This document shows positions 9,241 through 17,003 of a stretch of 19,998 bases of DNA, piece after piece. The stretch comes from Candidatus Heimdallarchaeota archaeon (GTDB taxonomy: Archaea > Asgardarchaeota > Wukongarchaeia > Wukongarchaeales > JBHIFL01). Location of the stretch: contig JBHIFL010000071.1 of the NCBI GenBank assembly GCA_046761065.1, positions 1 to 19,998 of the forward strand. The letters run 5' to 3'. Below the pieces are notes generated by a model that made no database searches, was not told the DNA's origin, and worked only from the letters and a program-made list of their open reading frames with translations. The position numbers and the translations under genes were made by a program. Every line of letters starts with the position of its first letter. Positions within the stretch are counted from its first letter, which is position 1.

Positions 9241-9410
9241 CCTTTATATATAGAATAGGGTAGAAAACACGAGAAGGAATCAAAAATGGGCTTATAGGGG
9301 AAGATTATCTTCTCAACTAAGGTGATTTTAAAAGTGGAGAAAAGGTCTCCCTCTAATTAATATGGCGTGTATTCTGAAACATGACCCATGTAGCTGTTTG
9401 GCCGTGTTTC

Positions 9411-10310
9411 TTACTCTAACCGGATCAGTGAATCCCACTCAGCTTGGATATCTGCTTTTAAGGCTTCGAGTTGCTCGAGAGTTATGTTCCGAAATCGCGC
9501 TTGGACTTTCAGGTACTCTTCCAATGGTAATCGGTTCGCTGGATCCTTGTAACGTTTACTGACCGAGGAAAAGGTAAGTTTCCCATTCTCGATCTCGTAG
9601 ACGGGGAAGATGCCGGTTTTCACTGCAAGCCGTCCCATCTCAAGCGTCATTCGTGGATCAAAATTCCAGCCTGTGGGACATGGTGCGTCGATCAAGATGA
9701 ATCGAAATCCTTCGATCGAACCTGCCTTCTTCATCTTCCGATAGATGTCACGAGGGTACCCCACCGAGGTTGACGCAACATAAGGAACATCATGAGCGGC
9801 AACGATCCGGGCTAGGCTCTTGCGTTTTTCTTGCTTCCCTATTGGAGTAGTGGTTGTCGATGCGCCCCGCGGAGTTGCCCCGCTCCGCTGAGCTCCTGTG
9901 TTACCATAAAAAGCGTTGTCGTAGACAACGTGAATGAGGTTCTCATTCCGTTCCGCCGCCCCGGAGAGAGTGGCCATCCCTATATCGAAACTCCCCCCAT
10001 CTCCAGTCCATACAATTACTGTTGCTTCCTCACCACGGATTTTCTTTGCCCGAGCAATTCCAGAAGCAGCTGCGGCATGTGCTGCGAAAGCAATGTTCAA
10101 GGTGGGGACGTTATACGTAACTCGCGGGTAAGGACTTTCAATCACACTTGCACAACAGGCGGGGATCACGACAATTGGGTTGTCAACAGCTGAAATGGCA
10201 GTCCGGTAGGCTAAAGCCAAACCACACCCTATGCAGCTAAAGTTTCCAGGTAATAATACCCGCGGTCGTACTTTCATTTCATCCATTATCTTAGTACTCA
10301 CACTCATCAC
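9411..10310 (-). CDS. porB: Pyruvate/2-ketoisovalerate:ferredoxin oxidoreductase beta subunit (TPP-binding)
   Basis: Motifs CIGCG, TPP-binding GDGG..DIG...YDN..YGNTG.QRSGATP, and PCPTGW. Confidence 0.93.
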   Translation of the reverse strand: MMSVSTKIMDEMKVRPRVLLPGNFSCIGCGLALAYRTAISAVDNPIVVIPACCASVIESPYPRVTYNVPTLNIAFAAHAAAASGIARAKKIRGEEATVIVWTGDGGSFDIGMATLSGAAERNENLIHVVYDNAFYGNTGAQRSGATPRGASTTTTPIGKQEKRKSLARIVAAHDVPYVASTSVGYPRDIYRKMKKAGSIEGFRFILIDAPCPTGWNFDPRMTLEMGRLAVKTGIFPVYEIENGKLTFSSVSKRYKDPANRLPLEEYLKVQARFRNITLEQLEALKADIQAEWDSLIRLE

Positions 10311-10320
10311 TTCCTTCCTA

Positions 10321-11475
10321 CTAGGCCACCGCTTCGATTTTTTGCGCTATATCGCGGTAATTGACATCCGTTCCCCCAAGGCCCATGATCCTAGGATACA
10401 CATCTAGCCGAAGGTCTTCCTCAAAGAGAAGAGCTTTTGTCTCTATAGCTATCTGTCCTTCATTCCCAAAGGAGACAGCTCGATCGATTATGACGATTTT
10501 CTCCAGATACGACAAGATCTCAAGCAGTTCCTTCTTTGGGAATGGTCGAAACACTCGTGGTCGTATTGAGACCACTTGCAGGCCTTTCTTAGTAAGATAA
10601 TCGACCGTTCTTTCCGCTTCCTCTCCCAGTGTACCTAAACACATCACTCCGATTTTCGCCTTTTCAAGATCCCCTGTGACCTCAAACATATGCTCGTTCC
10701 AACGCCCAAAGTGCTGTTGGTACTCCTTAAAGACTTTGGGAATGATAATTTTAGCGTTCTCCATGCCTTCCATGAGCGATTCCCGAAGCGTTGTAATCCC
10801 ATGTGCTTCAGTCAGCGCCCCATGAGCAAATGGGTGCTCCGGATCAAGTATTACTAGTGGCTCAAACGGCGGTAAGAATCGGTCAACAGCCTCCTGAGCA
10901 GGAATTGCAACTTGAGAAGATGTGTGAGACAGGACAAACCCGTCTAGGCTCACCATAGTTGGAAGCCAGACTTTATGATGCTCTGCTATCTTGAACGCCA
11001 TGATCGTAAGATCTAGCACTTCTTGATTGTTCTTCGCATACATCTGGATCCAGCCAGCGTCGCGAAACGCCATGGAATCTTGATGATCCGGCCAAATATT
11101 CCACGGATTTAATGTGCGATTCGCATTAGCGAGAACTACGGGAATCCGCGCCATCCCGGCCCAAAAAACCATTTCTCCCATGTAAAGGAGCCCATGGGAG
11201 CTAGTAGCCGTGAAGGTGCGAGCTCCGCCCAACGAAGCCCCGATTGCGGCCGCCATAGCGGAATGTTCACTCTCAACAGCAATAAACTCACACTTCATCT
11301 CACCGCTAGATACCATATGTGCAATCGCTTCCACAATGACCGTTTGGGGAGTAATCGGATACGCGGGGACTACTTGGGTCCGAGCAAGCTTAACAGCGGT
11401 TGCAACCGCCTCATCACCAGTCAAGAGATCTATTCTTTCCTGAGTTGACGAAGTTTCAGTTTTAGTTGATGTCAT
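10321..11475 (-). CDS. porA: Pyruvate/2-ketoisovalerate:ferredoxin oxidoreductase alpha subunit
   Basis: Motifs YPITP, VESEHSAM, RTFTATSS.GL and DGFVLSH. Start placed at ATG 11475, which has an AGGAG RBS and avoids overlap with porD. Confidence 0.93.
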   Translation of the reverse strand: MTSTKTETSSTQERIDLLTGDEAVATAVKLARTQVVPAYPITPQTVIVEAIAHMVSSGEMKCEFIAVESEHSAMAAAIGASLGGARTFTATSSHGLLYMGEMVFWAGMARIPVVLANANRTLNPWNIWPDHQDSMAFRDAGWIQMYAKNNQEVLDLTIMAFKIAEHHKVWLPTMVSLDGFVLSHTSSQVAIPAQEAVDRFLPPFEPLVILDPEHPFAHGALTEAHGITTLRESLMEGMENAKIIIPKVFKEYQQHFGRWNEHMFEVTGDLEKAKIGVMCLGTLGEEAERTVDYLTKKGLQVVSIRPRVFRPFPKKELLEILSYLEKIVIIDRAVSFGNEGQIAIETKALLFEEDLRLDVYPRIMGLGGTDVNYRDIAQKIEAVA

Positions 11476-11488
11476 CTTCAGCCTCTCC

Positions 11489-11764
11489 TTATTTCTCAGT
11501 AGGAGCTTCGGTAAGAGCCTCCTTAGGACACTCATATACACATATCAAACACCCCTTACAATAACGGTAATCGATCACAGGATAGTCCTCTGTGTCGTGA
11601 GAAATCGCCATTTCAGGGCAGCTTAACCAACAGCGACCACAGCGATTACATTTCTCACGATCGAATTTCGGTTCGCTCGTTCTCCAGTCACCAGTGGTTC
11701 CTGCACTTCCTTCTGTAGGAAAACTGAGGGGTAACTTGGGATCTTTCATCTCAGCTTCATTCAT
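11489..11764 (-). CDS. porD: 2-oxoacid:ferredoxin oxidoreductase delta subunit (2x[4Fe-4S])
   Basis: Motifs TGDWRT..P, CNRCGRCWLSCP and IDYRYCKGCLICVYECP. Confidence 0.93.
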   Translation of the reverse strand: MNEAEMKDPKLPLSFPTEGSAGTTGDWRTSEPKFDREKCNRCGRCWLSCPEMAISHDTEDYPVIDYRYCKGCLICVYECPKEALTEAPTEK

Positions 11765-11767
11765 CTG

Positions 11768-12337
11768 TTATTCCACCCAATGAAATTGATCATAAGCCAT
11801 CTGAATTGACCTTTTATTCTGTTCTGCCATATCTCCTGATCCAAAAGTCTTTTCCACCGACTTGAGAATGGATTCCAGCTTGATCATCCCTGCAGCCTTA
11901 GCCCACGCACCTAACATGGTCGTGCTAACCAAGACAGTCCCACTCTTGATTAATCCCGTTTTCTTAGCAATCCCAACAGCGTCTACGGTGCCAACACGAG
12001 TATTGGGGCCAAAATCCGGGGCTGTAAGCGAGTTGAGAACCAATACAGCTCCATCCTTCAATTGATCCCGCGGTAGGTGTTTTTCAATGACGGAGGGATC
12101 AAAAACCACCCAATAATCAGCGTCTGATGCGGCAACTGGTGCGTGTGTGCGGATCGGGTCACTGGATAAACGAACATCTGTTGCGATCGGAGCGCCTTTA
12201 CGCTCTGAGCCATACTTAGGAATGGCTTGGACGTAATACCCATCTAAATGGCCTGCGTAAGCCAATAATTTTGCTCCTGTAACGCCACCTTGCCCGCCTC
12301 GGGATAGAAATCGGATTTCAACAAACACCTTTTCCAC
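11768..12337 (-). CDS. porG: 2-oxoacid:ferredoxin oxidoreductase gamma subunit
   Basis: Motifs EIRF..RGGQG.VT, P.YGSERKGAP, VVFDPS and MLGA. First gene of a gamma-delta-alpha-beta operon with 3-13 nt gaps. Confidence 0.92.
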   Translation of the reverse strand: MEKVFVEIRFLSRGGQGGVTGAKLLAYAGHLDGYYVQAIPKYGSERKGAPIATDVRLSSDPIRTHAPVAASDADYWVVFDPSVIEKHLPRDQLKDGAVLVLNSLTAPDFGPNTRVGTVDAVGIAKKTGLIKSGTVLVSTTMLGAWAKAAGMIKLESILKSVEKTFGSGDMAEQNKRSIQMAYDQFHWVE

Positions 12338-12781
12338 CTTTCAACACCATATTAAATTGACAGTTTCCGCTTAATTCTAAGAGGTTGCCTAAATAAATCT
12401 AATTGGGTTGGAAATTTGATGAAGAGCAAACAATTTTTGCTAATCGCAAGATGTTCAGGATTGTTGCGATGTACCACCCGGTAGATTAAGTATCATACCG
12501 AGCGGTCAATTCAGTGGCAAATATTTCAATAAATCTCAATAATATTTTGAGTTTCATTATATTTGTGCTTTATGTTGTTCAATATATAATTTCGCTAATA
12601 TGGTAAGATAATTTTGAAGTGGGTCGTTAAAATTGTTAATGACGAGCAAGCAAATCAAGATGCTATTATGAGATTACCGAAAGATTGTATTTTTAGTAAT
12701 CTTAAGGGCACTTTACAACAATTAAACAGCTGAAAGGGGAAAATATTGAGCTTGATCCTGTGAAAACTGAAGCAAGATCCT

Positions 12782-13819
12782 TTAAGGCTTTACAAGGTCG
12801 GTCACAATGTCTTCGATCTGCGCCAGTGCATAAGTTACGTCGTCTCGAGTGACGCCTCTGCGGGTAACAAACCGTACAATTTGTTTCCTTGCATAAGCTA
12901 GAATTCCCTTGGCCTTCAGTTTGTTAACAAATTCAGGGGTACTGATTCCAAGACCGGCTAACTCAAAGATAATAATATTTGTTTCAACGGGGAGGAGGTC
13001 AAAGACTCCCATTTGTTCCAGTCCTTCTCCTAAAATTCGAGCATTTTCATGGTCCTCTCTTAACCGGTCAACCATTTGCTCAATAGCAATGATCGCTGGG
13101 GCAGCAATAATCCCCGCCTGCCGCATACCACCACCTAAAAGCTTTCGATTTCGTCGAGCTTTTTCAATAAACTCCGAACTTCCTACTACTAAGGAGCCAA
13201 TTGGCGCGCTGAGCCCCTTAGAAACGCAAAACATTACCGAATCGCAGTCTATTACAAGATTTTTAACATCGGTTTTCAATGCGACAGCTGCATTGAAAAT
13301 TCGTGCCCCATCACAGTGAACTGCTAGGTCGTGATTCTGTGCAACTTCTGCGATCGCTTTAACTTGTTCTGGTCGGATAACTGCACCACCCCACCGATTG
13401 TGGGTGTTCTCAATACAGACTAATGTTGGCTTCGCAAAATGAATATTGGGGGGACGGATCGCCTTTTTGAGCTCTTCTGGGTCGATGGCACCCCGGTTGG
13501 AATTTAATGTATGTGGAATGCAGCCCGCGATTGCTGCAAATGCCCCAGTTTCGTTATTATATAAATGGCTATATTTTTCAACAAAAATCTCATCTCCGTG
13601 CTTGGTGTGGGTCATTATGGATACAAGGTTCCCTTGGGTGCCACTCGTGACCAATAACCCCGCTTCTTTTCCGAGTTTTTTTGCAGCAAGTTCTTCCACT
13701 CGATTTACGGTTGGGTCTTCCCGATCAACATCATCACCAAGTTCAGCAGTCCGAATTGCCTCAAGCATTTCCTCGGTTGGTAATGTTTTCGTATCGCTTC
13801 GTAAATCAACAATACGCAT
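12782..13819 (-). CDS. ltaE: Low-specificity L-threonine aldolase
   Basis: Motifs DLRSDT.T.PT..M, GDDV..EDPTV, SGTQGN, ENTHN..GG, H.DGARIFNA, SKGL.AP.GS (PLP Lys) and RK.LGGGMRQAG. Confidence 0.95.
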   Translation of the reverse strand: MRIVDLRSDTKTLPTEEMLEAIRTAELGDDVDREDPTVNRVEELAAKKLGKEAGLLVTSGTQGNLVSIMTHTKHGDEIFVEKYSHLYNNETGAFAAIAGCIPHTLNSNRGAIDPEELKKAIRPPNIHFAKPTLVCIENTHNRWGGAVIRPEQVKAIAEVAQNHDLAVHCDGARIFNAAVALKTDVKNLVIDCDSVMFCVSKGLSAPIGSLVVGSSEFIEKARRNRKLLGGGMRQAGIIAAPAIIAIEQMVDRLREDHENARILGEGLEQMGVFDLLPVETNIIIFELAGLGISTPEFVNKLKAKGILAYARKQIVRFVTRRGVTRDDVTYALAQIEDIVTDLVKP

Positions 13820-14099
13820 GAAAATCCACTCTCCTGTTGCATTTTAGCTTGATATATCACATACGACAGAGTCACCTTATTTGAATTAGTCGATTTTCTG
13901 ATCCTAACTCGCTAAAAAGACTTCTTGTTAGAAGTGGATATCTATCCATATTTTCCAAAATTACCATTTATTTGCTTATTTGAACTAAAACAATATACCA
14001 ATAAGCTTAAGATGACACTAAATCCTAGGAAAATGGAGGGATAACTACTAAGATTACTTTTCCTATCAGAAAGGAGCTGCAAGATGGATCGAGTGGTAG

Positions 14100-14867
14100 T
14101 TATTCCTCTGGTGGTCTAAGTTTCACCCGGCGCGGCGACTTGAGCCCCACATTTAATGTGAGACGCTCCCAGATCTCTAGAACTTCTATCATGTCATCTT
14201 TTTGTAATTTAGTTCGAGATTGAGCTCTCCAAATTGTACCGCCTATCTTGACTCTACCACGGTAGTACTCGGTGGTAGCTGGTTCTTCGCGGATAAAATC
14301 TTCGATCACAATTCCAGTGGTTCCAATCATACTTTCAATGCCCGTAAGTGGTTTTTTCTTCATCGTCAGAAAATAAACAGGTAATGCTACGAACACAGCT
14401 GCGAGTAGTGAGAGGAAAACCCCCTCACTTTGGACAATTAAAACAACAAGTGCTAGACAGATCAAAACAATAGGGGTGAATTTGAGGAGGAGTTGAAGCT
14501 CTAATATGATTCTAGAAAGGAAGGCTAAAAGTAATACGGAGAAGAATACAACAAACAGCGCCTTGATTAGAGTAATAAAAAAAGCGAGGCTTAAGAGATA
14601 TTTTAGAAGCCGGTACAAGGTAAAAGCGGCTATAATAAATCCAAATATTAGTCCCAGGATTTCTAGATTTTCTAGGAGTTCTAAAACAAAGAAAATTCCA
14701 AAGGCGATTCCTAACACTAGTAGTAAAATCAGAAGAACTTGCCAGGCAATTTCTGGAATTTCGATTTGGGCTAAGAGATAAGCGGAGCCTAGTGCCACTA
14801 CTATGAAAGTTATTACAAAGAAATAGAAGGAACGGTCTGTCCTATACGTGTTATAATTATTACTCAT
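14100..14867 (-). CDS. NfeD family membrane protein (about 6 TM helices + C-terminal OB-fold)
   Basis: C-terminal TGIESMIGTTG.V.....GRVKIGGTIWRAQS...L..DD.IEV is the NfeD signature; the N-terminal region is hydrophobic. ATG 14867 has a GAGGG RBS (TTG 14876 is an alternative). Confidence 0.85.
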   Translation of the reverse strand: MSNNYNTYRTDRSFYFFVITFIVVALGSAYLLAQIEIPEIAWQVLLILLLVLGIAFGIFFVLELLENLEILGLIFGFIIAAFTLYRLLKYLLSLAFFITLIKALFVVFFSVLLLAFLSRIILELQLLLKFTPIVLICLALVVLIVQSEGVFLSLLAAVFVALPVYFLTMKKKPLTGIESMIGTTGIVIEDFIREEPATTEYYRGRVKIGGTIWRAQSRTKLQKDDMIEVLEIWERLTLNVGLKSPRRVKLRPPEE

Positions 14868-14974
14868 TTCCCTCAAAGTTATTTGGATTGGTACTTTTAA
14901 AGGCTTTTAAAACTTCATGAGTTACATTATTGTCTTGATACCAAACATCAAGTTGCGGTGAAAAGGTTAACAAC

Positions 14975-15012
14975 ATTAGAAAAACAACCCACTTGAAAGC
15001 GGGAATGGAAAC
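14975..15012 (+). repeat. Solitary CRISPR-repeat-like sequence (38 nt)
   Basis: ATTAGAAAAACAACCCACTTGAAAGCGGGAATGGAAAC: A-rich 5' part, internal stem CCC(A)CT-TGAA-AG(C)GGG, and 3' handle ATGGAAAC. No intact second copy was seen. Confidence 0.45.
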
Positions 15013-15206
15013 CACACCCCTAACCTCGTTTGAGATAGACCTATTCTTACAAACAATAGGTTAGTAAGAGAATCCTTTGCCAATATATTGATGTAAGGTG
15101 CAAACAATACAATCAAACAGAGAATTGCATTTTAGTTGATCTTTAATAAGGTTCAAATAATTTGCCGAACTATATATCGTAATTTGGTACATAGGAGCCT
15201 GGTCGT

Positions 15207-16799
15207 GTGATTAAACTCATGTGCTTTGGAGATTCGCACATTCATTGGGAGGTAGGCTTTAATGAAGAGGCGTTTAATAATGGCGTTGCAGCAATTAATG
15301 CTTCGAAAGCAGATTTGGTTCTTTTCCTGGGCGATCTAACCATGGAGGGGACAGAAGCTGAATATAAATATGCCCTCCAAAAATTTTCCCATTTTAAACC
15401 AGAAGTATACCCTAAAATCTTGATCGGGAATCATGATGCGCGAAATGTTGGATATGAGCTATTTGAAAGTGAAATTGGACCCCGAAACTATATTATCGAT
15501 GATATCGAGAATTTGGTTATTGTAGCCCTGGATTCGACATTACCTGATCTGAACACCGGCCGAATCGGAGTTCCTGCCCTCAAATTCGCCAAGAAGGCAT
15601 TCTCACAGCATGATGATGTCATCAAAATCTTAGCCTTCCATCACCACGTTCTACCAATCCCAAATACCGGACGCGAACGGAGCATGGTTGAAGATGCAGG
15701 CGATGTCTTAGAGTTTATCCTCAAAGAGAATATCGACATTCTCGTCACAGCTCACCGTCATTTCCCCAACACCTACCTGATCCAAGACGAAGATGACACG
15801 GCCCTAATCATTAATACCGGCACTTTCAGTGCGACAAAAACACGAGCTCGTGCGGGTTGTGGGTTTGTCAGCTTAGAGCTAGAAAAAGAACCCGGCGAGA
15901 AATGTGACGTCCGAGTCCACACTTATAAGACAAGTGATGGCATCGAGCCTAAAGAAAGAAAGCATAAAATTCCCTCGATTACCCGAAGATTCCCAGTTAT
16001 GCGTCTAAAAGAAGAATTGGGGGCGAAAAGGATTAGTAAAATCGTCCACATGTCTGATACCCACTTTTCCGAAGGAAAAGAGTTCCGAGCCGATTCATTC
16101 GAGAAAGCTGTGGAATTATTAGAAACTGAAGCCGCAGATCTTGCTGTTCACACAGGTGATGTCACCGCAGCCTCCCAGATTGAAGAATTCGAATTAGCTG
16201 TTGAAAATCTACAACGAATCTCAGACATCCTGCCTCTTGCGGTGATTCCGGGGCACCGAGATATCTGGCCCATAGGACGCGAGCTTTTTGAAAAAGAAAT
16301 TGGTCCCATCAATTGTCTTTGGGAAAATCCTAATTTACGAATCATGGGGTTTAATACAAGTCGCCCCTACACTGATGCCGGAAACCTTGGCCGTAGTAAG
16401 TTAAATATGATCATCGAAGACAGTGGACCCTTTCGACAAATGGGAAAGTTCCTGATTGTAGCGACTCACCATTCTGCAGTCCCACTTCCTACAACTCGAA
16501 ATGTCTCCACTCTTGAAGATGCGGGCGTGTTTATTCGCACGCTTGTGGATTGGAATGTTCCCTTCCACCTCTCAGGCCATAATCACAGCGCCTTCGTAGT
16601 TCAAGTAGAGAATACGCTCTTTTGTAATGCTGGCACTCTTTCCAGTTCGAAAATGGTGTCCCTAGAGCGCTTAAATTCGTATAACACGATAGAAATCTAT
16701 GAAAATGGCTACATTCAAGTCACAGAAGTCTCTGTTAACACTGGCAAGCGATATCCACTTCGCGCGGCATCCCTCCCCTTCCCAACGCCTAGTTTTTAA
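15207..16799 (+). CDS. Tandem-domain calcineurin-like metallophosphoesterase (CpdA/Icc-like)
   Basis: Domain 1: GDSH, GDLT, GNHD, HHH, AHRH. Domain 2: SDTH, GDVT, GHRD, THH, GHNH. AGGAG RBS before the GTG start. Confidence 0.9.
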   Translation: MIKLMCFGDSHIHWEVGFNEEAFNNGVAAINASKADLVLFLGDLTMEGTEAEYKYALQKFSHFKPEVYPKILIGNHDARNVGYELFESEIGPRNYIIDDIENLVIVALDSTLPDLNTGRIGVPALKFAKKAFSQHDDVIKILAFHHHVLPIPNTGRERSMVEDAGDVLEFILKENIDILVTAHRHFPNTYLIQDEDDTALIINTGTFSATKTRARAGCGFVSLELEKEPGEKCDVRVHTYKTSDGIEPKERKHKIPSITRRFPVMRLKEELGAKRISKIVHMSDTHFSEGKEFRADSFEKAVELLETEAADLAVHTGDVTAASQIEEFELAVENLQRISDILPLAVIPGHRDIWPIGRELFEKEIGPINCLWENPNLRIMGFNTSRPYTDAGNLGRSKLNMIIEDSGPFRQMGKFLIVATHHSAVPLPTTRNVSTLEDAGVFIRTLVDWNVPFHLSGHNHSAFVVQVENTLFCNAGTLSSSKMVSLERLNSYNTIEIYENGYIQVTEVSVNTGKRYPLRAASLPFPTPSF

Positions 16800-17003
16800 A
16801 AGCGTATTTTATTAACTTGCACCTGAAATTAATAGAGATGTTCTTCCTGAACAAAAAGAATTCAATGAGTTTCAACATTCCTTTCTATCCCCTTCCCCCC
16901 TCTAACGTCTTTATCGAGAAGAACAATAACTTTTTGAACATGTTCTTCAGGATCACATTTCAACATAATTGTTTTTCCTAAACTCATTGTCATCACAGGT
17001 GTT

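Noticed and set aside
11476-11541. N-terminal extension of porA in the ORF track
   Set aside because: It overlaps porD, and a good RBS precedes ATG 11475.
14975-15097. Calling this a bona fide CRISPR array
   Set aside because: Only one intact repeat-like unit, a weak second copy and no cas genes in the window. Reported as a hypothesis only.
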